Shown: positions 37,915-51,325, counted from the first letter of the stretch. The stretch: DNA of 53,380 bases from Octopus bimaculoides (GCF_001194135.2 NC_068994.1:45670323-45723702); one strand, 5' to 3'. Translations and numbers: made by a program. The notes: generated by a model not told the origin, from the letters alone.

Positions 37915-37983
<69 letters not shown>

Positions 37984-38616
37984 CCACACGCATATATGTA
38001 TGCATATATATATGTATTATGGACACACAATAAACATACATACACATATTATATATACATACATATATTTTCATAGTCATACACAACATTGTTCATCTGT
38101 GTGGGTGTGCAAATGTCTATTTGCACATGCACCTGTGTATAACACCAGAAATGTACATGAATAGCTTCACCGATGCAATTTCAATAACCAATAACCAAGG
38201 CGAGCGAAGATTAACTGTGAATGAATAAAATCATTTATCTGAATAGAGACAGTTTAATATAGTAGTTCCATTAAAACAAAGAATTGGAGAAATAAGAGAC
38301 AGGATATAGTATATGGCATCAAATATCCGAACATATTTCCTCCGTTGCTTTTATTGTTCAAGTCTTAGTTCTAAACATTGTGTTGTCGTGAACATACAAG
38401 TTTCTTGAAAATTGAGTTTGCATTAGTGTTACTGCATATGTGTTTATGTTATTGAAGTTTTATTTTTAATATTGCTCATCAATAGAGAAATTGCCGGTTT
38501 CCAATTTTGAAAGAAAATACTTTCATTGGAATTTGGACAATAACAATTATATAGTCGTCTGTGAGTGCATACAGACGTATATGTTTGTGTGTGTGTGTGT
38601 GTGTGTNNNNNNNNNN

Positions 38617-38668
<52 letters not shown>

Positions 38669-39038
38669 ATGAATCTATGTATATGTGTATGATTACATGT
38701 ACATAATTCATGAATGTTTATTATATAATGCATCAGCTAACGTATGTAGGTCTTTACATTCCATGCACGCCATTGCAGTTTGTGAAGGTACATACTTTGA
38801 TTTTTGCATGTGTATAAACATCTATATCTGCATGTCTCTGTGTTTGCATATGTATATCCGACCGGCTACACTTCTGAGAGCTAAGTAGTAACTATACATG
38901 CATGTTTGCTTGAATATGTATACGTGCATGAAGTGTGTTGACGTATGCGCTTGTATTTCGTCATTCCCTTTATTTCATTCGTCGTTTCATATTAAATGGC
39001 AATGCAGACATCATAAATGAATTAATGAGAGTACTTCG

Positions 39039-39065
<27 letters not shown>

Positions 39066-39069
<4 letters not shown>

Positions 39070-39146
39070 TATTGACTGACAGGGGACATGAATTACGTAA
39101 TCATGTTGAATACGTAATTCCGGTTCCCTTGTCAGTCAGTAAATTA
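39066..39146. repeat. ~80-nt hairpin / short foldback element
   Basis: ttgactgacagggga..gaattacgta [11-nt loop] tacgtaattc..ttcccttgtcagtcag, next to a (TA)n tract. Confidence 0.8.
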
Positions 39147-39304
39147 TATTATATGCTGCATTCTAAAGCATATGAATACTGAGTTCCAACAAGAGGTCAT
39201 TATTATTATCGCTATACCTAAGCGAAATCATTACATACATACATACACACACGCACACACACATGCATGCGCTCGCGCACACACATACACTCATATATAT
39301 GTAC

Positions 39305-39357
<53 letters not shown>

Positions 39358-40848
39358 CATATATACTTACATATATATACATATTTATTAGTACATATAT
39401 ATTAACACATACATATTGCATAAACAAATACGCTTATATAGGTATATAAATGGATATGTACGTGTGTGTAAGCGAGTGTGTGCGTTTTATGCGTGCATTT
39501 GAATTAGAGTAAGGCGTTCGTGTCTTTCCCTAGCGTCATTAGGCTTTGTCCCAGCGACTGCTTTCTCCAGAACATCTTTATTCATGGCTGTCGTGAAACA
39601 GGACGAAAGACTTGATTCGTAGTTTGGTTGGAACTTGTTATGCAATGCAAGTTTATTTAATTTAACTTCCATTATTGGTTATTCTATACTGCTAGGAAAA
39701 AAGAACCATGACCAGGGATAAGGAATCGTTACCTGGAAGAAAGAATCATCGCTGGAAATTGTTCTATCTTTTAGTCTTGTAATCCTTCGTGAAAGAAAAA
39801 AAAACATTAGCAATGTTATTTCCTTTCCTGTGTCTCTTTTTAATGAGTTAGATTTTATTTATTACTTTTTCTTTTTAGTTTAGCATTTACCCTCTCTATA
39901 ATTATAGACAGGCTGTTTCAGATAATTCATCAGAAGAATGATGAAATACCAGCGCATACATACACACAACTCCCGCATATGCACACACTCAAAAATATAT
40001 AAAAGAGGTTATGAACGCAACTAAGAATAATTAAGTAGATTGATGAATTTTATTCAATTTTTAAAAAAATATTTTTAGTGCGAGGTTAAATGATAAATTA
40101 AGCATTTGAAAACATTTATTTGTAAAAGTATTTATAAAATTTGATAAAATTGATAAAGTGATAAAATTATTGGCTTGTTTCAAACAAGGCACACTAAGAA
40201 GAACTTTATCAGCTTTATCGAGTTAATCAGTTTATTTTACAAATATTAAAACAAAAATATATTTTAAATGTTTTCAAATACATACGTTCTTATCCCTTTT
40301 GTTGTTGTTGGTCTTCTTCTTCTTCTTCTTCTTCTTCTTCTTCTAGATATTATTATTATTATTGTTATGTTACAACCGCGCCAAAAGAGGAAAATAGAAA
40401 ATTCATCAATCATTTTCATTATTCTTATCTATTCTCACGAACTCTTTCAAGTAATTTTTTGATATTTGTTTGTTATTTCGAAGCACAATACCCCGAACAG
40501 GAACCGGAACTTTTGAAATAGTTTGTCTCAGATTATGTAGAGGATAAAAGCTAAATTAAGGAAAGTAAAAATTTAACGTATTAAAAATCGATATAGAAAT
40601 AAGATGGTTTTTAATAAATATATACAAAAATAACATACGTTACGAGGAATAGAGAGAATACTGAATAGAAAATTTTCAAGAAAACTTCTTTCTCTTGCCA
40701 AATATAAAGAATAGCCATGATAAATAAAGTTACACTCAGACAGACATATTTTATCTATATGTATTATATATATATAGGTATATATGTATTCGTGTATATG
40801 CACTTTTATATACATATATAAATGCATATGTATATATTTGTGTGTATG

Positions 40849-40935
<87 letters not shown>

Positions 40936-41439
40936 GCGTGCAAACCAAGAAAGCAGCTCTCGAAAACAAAAGATGGATGAAATACAGTGCTGCGTTTAAG
41001 CTAAAAAAAATTCTGATCATCTGGTACGTAAAGTTTCGTGTAAAATTTTTCGATAATTGACAGCTTGAATACAATACTATGTATGTATGTATGTATGTAT
41101 GTATTTGTATATGTATGTGTATATATATGTGTATATTCACATATATATTTATATATATATATGTATAAAAATACAAACAATCTCTGATGCAGGTATATAT
41201 TCATAAATTCATGCAGATATACTTACATACACAAACACTTATACATGCATTCAAATATATGCATGCCTGCCAGTATGTTTGACTAATCCGAATGGACTAT
41301 TCAGAAATTTAATAGAAATTTGTCTGCTCCACAATGGTAAGAAATATGAAAATGCCTCAGGTATAATTCAGAATAACACAACAAAATATTGCTACAGTTT
41401 AGAGTAACAAAATATAAAATATTAGTTTTATGTTTTATT

Positions 41440-42120
41440 TTGCAAGTAAGAACTACGAAACGGTCAGTTTCGGACAATGAAACTTCTTCAAGTAAAACCA
41501 AGCAGAGGTGCATATTCTGTGTTGCTAGTCACCAAGTACATGTTCCATGTCGCCAGTAATCAAAGATGTGTGGTATGGAAGATAGATGTGAGGAAAGAAA
41601 AAATCTCATTTCCCAGCTAACTGAAAAACTTGTTATGGGAAACATTCGGTGAATGAGTAATTCTTTCGAATGTGATTTTTTTTCAAGTGTATGGTTATGT
41701 TGGCGTGAAATCGAAAGTATTTCCATTGTGCATGTGTGTAGGTAAGTTTATGTAACTTCGTGTAGATTACCGAGTGTGAATGTGTATGTGTTTCGTGTTT
41801 GAAGCCAGACCGTGTGCGCGGAGGGGCGGAGCCTGTATGTGTTGCGTGCGGTGAAAATGTTGTAGGTGCCTCTGTTTTCTGATTGATTTATTTTGTTTGA
41901 GTGAGTTGCGTGGCCGGTGGTACGGTGTTTGCAGTTACGTGGGTGTAGGCATGTGTGTATTTAAGAACGTATTTCGAGAAGGCCAGTGGGTTGTTTAAAT
42001 TATTTTGGCTTGTAGTATCATGGTGCAAAAATAAGTCATTCTTCGTCGCAGCCGAGTTAGTGGAGATCTATTGTGTAGGATGCAAAGGGGCTGATAACTA
42101 TGATCAGTTGAGCCGAAGCA
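41440..42120 (-). mobile_element. Possible highly decayed Penelope-like element (RT C-terminus, linker and 3' end)
   Basis: Minus-strand LHPTQ*..FLHHDTTSQNNLNNPLAFSK echoes the recalled PLE YHPT..LQSDPTT..IF..PPL..FKR motif. The end has ttgaagaag..tccgaaac followed by aaataaa. Confidence 0.35.
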
Positions 42121-42559
42121 GTATGCGACAGGATAACGGACATTGTTAACGCGAACGTCTCTGACCAGTCACGTGCCCGTACCGCAAGCCATTATAGTTA
42201 CTTTTAAATACAAAGGACGACGTTTTAGTGGTATAGGTAACGTGGAATGACGTGGAATGAGAGTTGCTAAGTCCTTTTTATCGGATGGTACTCATTATGA
42301 CTGAACACTTATGACAGCAGGAACGAGAGCACTCAAAGAATCCAAGGTGGGTATGCTATCCCTACTGGCTTATTAAAAGGAAAATGAGACTAAGAAACAA
42401 AAAATAAAAAAGACCAGATACTTATAGACAGAATGCTTTGGGCCAAGTACTATGTATGACAACAGCTTGCTGCCACTGATGTCAACTCACTCTTCGATGC
42501 CCATCACAGTATCTTTTTCTCAGCCCTATCTTTCTCAAAACAGAAGTCTACATCCATCC

Positions 42560-43200
42560 TAACATATAGACAACAGTGCTGTATTATGTCCGCCAACAGA
42601 GACGTCGACAACACAGTCACCCAAAGACTTAAAATTGCAATCTCTCAATTACTACATAAGTCAAGACGATAAACTTGCGTTTTAATCTCTTTACGTAGGA
42701 ACAACACAAGACATGTGCTATGCATACAATCTCTAATGATGTTTTGCGACAAAGAAGAATACAAAACAATGCTAATAACACCACATTATACAGACTTCCA
42801 AGTGTTTTCTGGTCTGATTAGCTGTTCGCACTCAATAATGCTCAGAATAATCCTTTCTTTGTACACACTTCGCAGACAAGAGGTAATAATTTTGCTTTAT
42901 TGGAAAACTATGTTAGCGTGCATCACAAAGACCATTCGATTGATTGGCAATAGTCACTTATACTTTGTTTGCTCAGTACGTCATTCACGTCTGTTGTAAT
43001 GACCTCGGTTACTTTGAGCCATGTACCTGAAGACGTTTTCACAGACAGATTGCCTACTGTCTCCGCTTCTGTTTTGTACCTCAACAGTCCTACATTAAAT
43101 CGTTATGGAATCAGTATTCCCCAGGATAGAAAACCTTGAGAATTCTCATTTAACTCACATGTAGAAATTGATAGGATAGTCTGGCTGAATCTCAGCAGAA
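42560..43200 (+). mobile_element. Decayed RTE-type LINE RT C-terminal fragment
   Basis: MSANRDVDNTVTQRLKIA (42586), SHSIMLRIIL..QEVI and LSHV..DRLP (43014) appear in the order of RTE motifs ID.EV..RL.KA, FH.RCLR.IL..EVL and GHV.RM..RLP, with frameshifts. Confidence 0.4.
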
Positions 43201-43454
43201 TTAATGTTTTTATCAGTCTTGGCAGAACTCTAGTTAACATGAGCATTGTCCATAATTTTCGAACTAATACATACATGCATGCATGCACATATACATGTGA
43301 CCTGTGTGTTTTCTGTACCTTGTTTATCATTTTGTCCATGTTTTTTTTTGCAACGTCATGTACCCAGATATGCATCTATATATACATGTAGATGAAGGTA
43401 TGTATATACATGTACATATATATGCATATACTCATATATTATTTGTATATACAT

Positions 43455-43485
<31 letters not shown>

Positions 43486-43999
43486 TATACTTGTATACAT
43501 ACATATATATGTGTGTGTGTACGTATATATATATTTATATTTACACAAAGACAGACGCTCACATAAATATGAAAGAAACAATTGACAGAGAAAATTGCAA
43601 TAGTATGCATTAATGTGCAAATCACTGCACTTTATTGAGCTCAATCCAAATATGAACAAAGGAAATGAAATTCTCCTTTCACATTTCACGGATTCGAACC
43701 ATTAAATTGTTGTGTCATAAAGATGAAATAAAGACACCAGGTAACATTGGCGATGTTTAAGAAGAAATCGATCTCATTGATTCTTTACGATAATGATGTT
43801 CGTGATCATAACGACCTAGAGACTCCCATTAGATCGATTGGTTCACTCTGCAAAGATTAGACCAATATTAATTCAACTAATGGCAGTTGATCAATACGGA
43901 TTGGTAGGCAATAGGTAAGATTGAGTTATTGCCATGTTCATGTTCCTTCCTTTCCTACTTGCTTGTTTGAATTATCTTCTTTGTGTGAATGTTTTGGTG

Positions 44000-44040
<41 letters not shown>

Positions 44041-44146
44041 ATATTATATGTATATATATGTATTCTCAAATGCATACATACGTATGTGTATATATATGTA
44101 TGTGTCGGTGTGTGTATGTGTATCTGCGAGAAAAGGTGTGGACATA

Positions 44147-44218
<72 letters not shown>

Positions 44219-44255
44219 CATCGATCCATCCATCTATCCATCCATCCATCCATCC

Positions 44256-44320
<65 letters not shown>
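44147..44320. repeat. Compound (TATC)n-(TCCA)n-(TATC)n STR
   Basis: Direct reading. Confidence 0.95.
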
Positions 44321-44321
<1 letters not shown>

Positions 44322-45011
44322 GTGTATATGTACACTATTGACTTAAATAAAGGCCGTGTATTAGTTTCACATCCGAATTTATGGAAAATACTTTAGATTT
44401 GGTCACGCTGCAGCAGCTGTACAATATTTGAACCATTATTTTATACATGGTTATTGTGGTTAGTATACTCTTCTCTTCTGTGTCAGCAATGTAGAAATTT
44501 AATATACTTTCTGACTCAGAGTCAGTAATAATTGAATAATAACGCTTTGCCTCTATATAACATGGACTCTTATTTATTCTAATTTATTCCCAATTAAAGA
44601 TAATCTCTTAAACAGCAACACATTGTCTTACTTCGCCTTACGATGCTTGAACGGGCTACCGCTAGATCCGACATGTCTCTGTGTCAGTACCCTTGTGGTG
44701 GTCGTGTTACAGCTACTGTTGCTACCGTCGTTAACGCTGCCGATGCTGTTGACATGCCGGATCAGTTGCTGGTGCTGCTGCGACTATTACTGCTGATGGT
44801 ATCGCTGTTGTTGTTGCTTTTAATGTATTGCAGCTGTAACTGCCACCGCAACTACAACCATTGCAATTGCTGCGGCTGTTGTTGTTATTGGAATATTATG
44901 TAGTATGCATTCCATCGTGTCGTATGCGTTCCATTGTATTGTAAGCTTTCCTAACGGGTGGCATTTTAAGACAGCATTGATACGTTATATACTTAAGTAT
45001 ATGTAAAATAT

Positions 45012-45260
45012 GGTGAGGACACATAGCCTAGTGGTTAGGGTGTTACACTCACGAACGCGAAATCGTGGCTTCGTTTCCCAGACCGGACTGTACACTGTTG
45101 TGTTGTCGAGCAAAGCACCTCATCTCACTTCGACATTTGACGTGTGACGCACCGTATACGTGTAGCGGTAATGCCGATCTGATGGATGGCGTGAGCTAAT
45201 GTGCTGCATAAGCACTAGGTCATTATAAACACGTCATCAGTACAGCTTGTTCTGCAAAAA
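45012..45260 (+). mobile_element. Decayed tRNA-derived SINE
   Basis: tagcctagtggttagggtgtt (A-box-like), ttcgtttccc (B-box-like) and ttgtcgagcaaagcacct (CORE-like). Confidence 0.55.
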
Positions 45261-45696
45261 ATTGCAGTACCGTCTTTTTCGAGTGCTCGAGAGACTACCA
45301 TTAATTAATTACCTGAGAGACTACCGTTGATTAATTAAAATAAAATATGAAATAGAAGATATTATTATTATTATTATGAGAATTTGCCATTGTTACTTAG
45401 TATGCCGCCTGCGAATGTGTACTTGAATACGTATATACAGAAATATTGATACGATACGTATACATGTAGTAAGTTATATCGGCGCTGGCGATACGTCGTA
45501 GCGTAGCAATTGGGTTGGTTTGTACGCATGCATTAAATTTCATGAAAAATATACTTCATTTGCAAGAATTGTAAACGTATTGCATAAGAGAATTGATCGT
45601 GGGTGATTGTAAGTGGGTAAATATGGAAAAACGAGTAAATACGCGTGCGCATGTTATTTGTACTGTATTAGTCTAAAAAACATTTACACTTTCGTA

Positions 45697-45900
45697 TAGG
45701 TGCATGGCTCAATGGATAAAGCGTTGGGCTCACAATCATGAGATAGTGAATTCGATTCCAGAACCAGGCTGTCTGTTATATTTTTGAGCAAGACACTTTA
45801 TTTAATGTTGCCCCTGTTCACTCAGCAGTAGAAATGAATTGAGATGTCACTAGTGCCAAGCCGTATCATTCTTTGCCTTTCCTTTGGATAACATCGGTGG
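45697..45900 (+). mobile_element. Decayed tRNA-derived SINE
   Basis: ggtgcatggctcaatggataaagcgttgggctcacaatc..gaattcgattccag..ttgagcaagacacttta..gttcactcagc. Confidence 0.6.
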
Positions 45901-46157
45901 CATGAAGTGGGGTGCATTTTCTTTTGAACATGTGAAAATGGTAGATGAGTTCTGATTGGATGAGGATTCACCTTCTGTAGTGGAATACGAGAGGTTGAAA
46001 AAATAGAGATATAAAGGTAAAAGAACTTTTTGAAATTGCTCACAAAATCCTATGTATCGTGTATTAATTAGTATGCATTCAGTTTGTTCTATCTGTAAGN
46101 NNNNNNNNNNNNNNNNNNNNNNNNNNNNNNNNNNNNNNNNNNNNNNNNNNNNNNNNN

Positions 46158-46196
<39 letters not shown>

Positions 46197-46627
46197 TATA
46201 CATATATATACATATATATATGTACATATATATATATATATATATGTGTGTGTGTATAAAGAAGGCAATATTAGAAATAATATTTATAAATGCATATTGT
46301 TGTAGTGAGTGTCACGACGCCCCCTTGCGAGAAATATACTAGACTGGGCGATTAGAAATAGTAGCGGTCGGAGTGAAGTTTGTGTGTTAATTCGAGTTTT
46401 TACAGCGTTCTGTGTTAAATCCTTGTGATTCCGTGGAAGTAAATGGTGTTATTATATACTGTTGAAGGTCTCCCCGTGTGGGTGAACCAGGATTTGTTAA
46501 ATTTGTTGAATTTGAATTATTGTCGCTGTCTTTGTCTTTGTAATTGTTTTCTTCCCCATTTGTGGGTGAAGTAGAGAAGAGAGCTGAGATGGAGCAGGAA
46601 TCAGCCGCCATTTTGCATCATGGTGAG

Positions 46628-46800
46628 GATGTCGATTACATCCATCCCAGTGCTTATCTGATATTTATTTCATCGACCCCGAAAAGATGAAAGGTAAAGT
46701 TAACCTCAGTGGAACTAGAGCTCTGAATGTAAAGAGTCGGAAGAAGAAATGCCACTAACCACGCGTCTGGTGTGGCAAAGATTATGCCAACACTCCGCCC
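46628..46800 (-). mobile_element. SINE-like family A copy
   Basis: gtcgattacatccatcccagtgc..tttatttcatcgaccccgaaaagatgaaaggtaaagtt.acctcag. Confidence 0.75.
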
Positions 46801-47289
46801 TTACTAAAGCACAAATCAAAGTTAGACCAGAATACTTCTAAAGTATTTTATTAAGAATAGCTAAATAGCAAGGTTTTAGAGATCTAGGATAAGGTGCAAG
46901 GAAATGTATTAGAACGCAAAATGATTAATTGTAATTGATCCTGAAGGCAGGGAACCCAGGCTCAGGTAAAAACTTTGGAGTCCAGACAGGAAATAGCAAT
47001 ATCAAGATAAAAAAAAATACACGGTTATGATTTCTAACATTGTCACAAGACTAAAAGTTTTAGTAGAGTGGTAAAGAATGGTGGTGGTAGTGGTGGTGGT
47101 GGTGGTGTAATGCGAATGTATGTAGTCGATGAAATGTCAAAGAGTTGCTGGAGGGATGTGTAGCGGATGAAATGTCAAAGAATGTTATTAAGTATTGCAG
47201 GGAAATAGAAATGAAGACAGAAAGGTGAAGAGAATATAAAAGAAGTAGTAACAGGGAAAATTAATAAATGTACAGTATACATTTATTAT

Positions 47290-47700
47290 GTGTTTAATAA
47301 TTCTCCCTGTTATATCTTCTATCGGATGTATCAGTCAAATAAAAGAAACAACAGAATGTTTGGAAATAATAATCAAAGGAAATTCTATAACCAACTGAAG
47401 TGTCTGAAGAATATTAAAACCACAAAGTTGTTGTCATTGTGTGGTCCCTAGTGGGTTCAGGTACAACAAACCTACGACCAAAGACACTCCTATAATGTTT
47501 ATTACGTCTTTTATTTAGCCATTGTGTAAATAGAACTACGTTGTCAAATGTTCGTGTCCACTGTTTTTCAGGTACTCAACTGCATTAAACTTGTCACATT
47601 GCAAGTCTTTAGCACGGTTCACTCTGGTGCATGTATAGGGATTAGCTCTTCGGTTTCAGGATACAATCCTCGCTCTTTCTTCTCGGTACTGGAGACCCTG
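47290..47700 (-). mobile_element. Possible decayed REL-endonuclease (R4/Dong-like) non-LTR 3' fragment
   Basis: GLYPETEELIPIHAPE*TVLKT echoes GL..ETEG.I.A.QDQ.L.T, and downstream ISFDYYFQT echoes ILWDF.IQT. Motif recall only. Confidence 0.3.
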
Positions 47701-47750
47701 TAAAAGATCACAAACACTGCCTTCACTTCTGACTAAAAAATAAACTTATA

Positions 47751-48064
47751 TGGTAACGTGACTTATAGATACTATCATTGACTCTTTTAGATAGGGGAGT
47801 CAAAGTAACACGGATCAAGTATTTATAATAAGAAACTAGAATATTATACATATAGAAGATAAATACAACTGATATAGAAGATAAATACTGTTATGTCTCA
47901 AGCTTCTGCTATCTAGCACTTTCGGATGATCTCTACTCAACCGCTACACAACTGCTACTCGACTGCTACTCAACTGCTACTCAACACTCTTACCACGGCC
48001 AGACTACCTCTATTTATATGTCATGGGAGATCCTACTTCTTCGCCTGGGGGCGTTGACACTACA
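47751..48064 (-). mobile_element. Candidate solo LTR
   Basis: TG..CA termini, TATAAATA on the minus strand, an internal 11-bp repeat (ctgctactcaa)x4 and a 22-bp duplication. No perfect TSD. Confidence 0.3.
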
Positions 48065-48766
48065 AATACAATACGACAGAACTTAAAAGCACAACGAAAT
48101 AATATTAACTTTAATTTACAAAGCATTTAAAAGACTAATGAATATAGCAAACTTGGAAATTCAAATCCCATACAGCTTAATATTTCTTGAAAACTTGATG
48201 TGATAATATATTTTACTCAGTGTCTAAGAGGGGGTGTAGTTATAAATAGAGGCGAATGATAGAAAAGAGGGAACCGTCTCTGTAGTGAGATTTAAGACAT
48301 AAGCAACTGAATAGAACATCTATTGGTCTATAAGATGTTTACTGCCAATGTAGAAAATAACTGGCAAGGTTGATAATTGATGGGATATGTTTCTTTATAG
48401 AAATAGCACACCAACCCTTTTTAGGATTTGAAGATATATCAAAGGAGATCACTGTCGAAAAGTGCCCTGATGTATATTGATAAATGAAATATTTCAGGGT
48501 GGTTGTGATAGATAATACCAAGATTTTAACAATAGAATGAACAGGCAGTCTGAAAAGGTAGTCATTATATTATCAACCTTTTCAAGATTCTAAATTGCAT
48601 AGAAATGTTCTGTATACATGATGGGATTACACATTTTTTTTGCGGTGAAGTGTCTTTCGCCTTAATGAGTTGAGCTGATATATTGTCAGGAAGTTTCGGG
48701 TTAAATTGTAACAAATGGAATTATTTTCAAAGGAGAACCGAAATCCCACATGCTATATTCCCAACG

Positions 48767-49183
48767 TTAAAAGATATTTGATCTTTTCCTACAATCTCTT
48801 ATATATTTCATCGGGAATATTGGGATACAATTTGATATTGATATGTGAGTCTTGCTTGTAATGAAGGAAAATAAACGCGAAAGGTGTGAGGAAAGTCTCT
48901 TTCGAAATAACAATGTAATAAAATCATGAAGGAAAGTGGCGGATATAGATGTTTGTATTGAAGGATGACGGGTGTGAAATGAGAAAATGAATAGAAAAGC
49001 TGGAGAAAAATACAAGATGGTCAGAGAGACCATAAAACACAATTGAATGGAAATATCATCATTAAGATAATCAACATTTGAGCCATAGAGATATACTGTT
49101 ACCACACAGCTTTTCTTCAGTGGATTAATGCTGAACTGCACACAACAGGATATTGTTAACAACGAACAAGAGGTTATGATCAC
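48767..49183 (-). pseudogene. Possible decayed LINE AP-endonuclease-like ORF
   Basis: 138-aa open frame whose blocks VTVYL, PAFLFIFSFHTRHP, LHDFI and THISISNCIP echo TICSIYLP, PFILLGDFNAHHP, LEDFI and SHIDLSLCSP, but the catalytic GDFN is absent. Confidence 0.25.
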
Positions 49184-49329
49184 AAATCAGTATTTCTAGA
49201 CGCCTTCTTACTCTCTCATTCATTCTGTGCATATGTGGGTGTATATACGTGTGTGTGTGTGTGTGTGTATACATGTATACATAAATGTATGCGTATGATC
49301 ACATACGTACATACGTACATACACACATA

Positions 49330-49385
<56 letters not shown>

Positions 49386-50609
49386 TATGTACGCACATAC
49401 ATACGCACATACATACGCACATACATACTTAAATATACATATAAATATATGTGTGTGTGTATGTGTATGTGTGTGTATGTGTGTGTGTGTCTGTGTGTGT
49501 GTATATCTGTGTGTGTGTGTATATCTGTGAGTGTAGCGGTAGAAAACAGAAACACAGCACTACTGAATACAAAGAGACTAGTAAAAGTATGTTAAAAAAC
49601 AGAGGAGGGCCTTACATGTGCTGGTAAAAATATCACTGGCGAAAAAGGAATATAGAGAAGAAGGAAAAGATAACAAAAAACAATAAACAACAACAACAAT
49701 AAAATTAAAGGAAAAAGATAACGGGAGAAAAATGTGGAAGTTGTATAACGGGAGAAAAAGTTTAAGATGATCATTTTGTCACGCAAACGACATATATGGT
49801 AAGAACAGCCAAAAGAAAATATGTAAACTTATAGATTTAGCGATAACATATGTTAGGAGTGTGTGGAAGTGAAAATAAGCAATCCTGCATTAACCCCGGT
49901 TAATAGAATATAGAATTGTGACTCAGGTGGAAGGGTTATGGAAGTGTGTCATCCGGTATTGTATATTTCCTGATAATTATTTTATTTTCGTTCCTATAAG
50001 TCAGGAGAGAAAGCAGTACCAATATCATTTACAGGGACCCTGAAAATATTGGGAGGAGATATTCTCGTACTGGAGACCTGATCCGAATTGACTGTAATAC
50101 TATAAATGCCCTTTGATCCCGTTAGAGCATGAGGTGTTGGTTCCACCCCAAGTAAGGTGCAGCGGAATTTGAATTCACAACGCCAAGAGATTGAACGGCA
50201 TCCCCATCTCACGTTCTTATACATACATGCATGAATACATAAGTTCTTGAATACATACATATATACAAACGCACATACATAAAATTAAACAACAGACCAA
50301 AAAGTAATTATCTAAGCAGAGAGAGACGAAGCTATGCACTGTAGTTGAAATCAGTCGCCTGGCAGATATCAACAAAATATTAAAAGGTTAGTGAATAAAG
50401 AGAACATCTTTACTGACCTGAAGAGAAATTTGCTAGTATTTCACCTGGACTATAACGTTAAACTGTCACCAATAATTGGTGCAGCACTTGGGTACCTGAC
50501 TGACTGCGTCAGTACCAGTATCACGAAGCTAGTATTTAAAAATCCAGACAGAAAAAACACAAAAAACACGTCTAATTAGAAGACTACAGCTATCAAAGGT
50601 ATTGTTAAA

Positions 50610-50880
50610 AAGCGACGAGCTGGTAGAATCGTTAGCACGCCGGGCGAAATGCTTAGCGGTGTTTCATCTGTCTTTATGTTCTGAGTTCAAATTTCGCCGA
50701 GGTCCACTTTGCCTTTCATCCTTTCGGGGTCGATAANNNNNNNNNNTTTCGCCGAGGTCCACTTTGCCTTTCATCCTTTCGGGGTCGATAAATTAAGTAC
50801 CAGTTGCGAACTGGTGTCGATCTAATCGACTGGCCCCCCTCCACCCAAATTTCAGGCCTTGTGCATATAGTGGAAAAGAA
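50610..50880 (+). mobile_element. SINE-like family A copy (spans a 10-N gap with an artefactual duplication)
   Basis: gcgacgagctggtagaatcgttagcacgccgggcgaaatgcttagcgg..ttctgagttcaaatttcgccgaggtcc..taatcgact..aggccttgtgc. Confidence 0.88.
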
Positions 50881-50905
50881 AGGCATTGTTAAAATGTGTA
50901 GAATA

Positions 50906-51325
50906 GGCGTAGGAGTGGCTGTGTGGTAAGTAGCTAGCTTACCAACCACATGGTCCCGGGTTCAGTCCCACTGCGCGGCATCTTGGGCAAGTGTCTTCTA
51001 CTATAGCCTCGGGCCGACCAAAGCCTTGTGAGTGGATTTGGTAGACGGAAACTGAAAGAAGCCCGTCGTATATATGTATATATATATATGTATGTGTGTG
51101 TGTATGTTTGTATGTGTGTGTTTGTCCCCCCAACATCGCTTGACAACCGATGCTGGTGTGTTTATGTCCCCGTAACTTAGTGGTTCGGCAAAAGAGATCG
51201 ATAGAATAAGTACTAGGCTTCTAAAGAATAAGTCCTGGGGTCGATTTGCTCGACTAAAAGGCGGTGCTCCAGCATGGCCACAGTCAAAAGACTGAAACAA
51301 GTAAAAGAGTAAAAGAGTAAAAGAG
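50906..51325 (+). mobile_element. SINE-like family B, full length
   Basis: tRNA-like head ggcgtaggagtggctgtgtggtaag..ccgggttcagtcccactgcg, CORE-like cttgggcaagtgtctt, internal (TA)/(TG) tract, (aagagta)n tail, and a possible agaata TSD. Confidence 0.9.

Noticed and set aside
39600-39620. ggacgaaagac as a hammerhead 3' half
   Set aside because: There is no upstream CUGANGA core
44643-44903. 86-aa ORF with Val/Ala/Leu/Cys runs
   Set aside because: Cryptically simple GTT/GCT/ACT trinucleotide DNA
50001-50117. Frame reading YRDPENIGRRYSRTGDLIRID, resembling the adenylation-domain YxTGDL motif, after a possible acceptor
   Set aside because: It ends in a stop, has only a weak donor, and no other adenylation-domain exons are seen. 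A five-residue match is compatible with chance.
50692-50791. 45-bp duplication inside a SINE
   Set aside because: It flanks the 10-N gap at 50737-50746, so it is an assembly artefact
50906-50975. tRNA gene candidates in SINE heads (also 19481-19570, 35990-36067 and 45697-45765)
   Set aside because: A/B-box-like motifs continue into shared SINE bodies and I could not fold a complete cloverleaf
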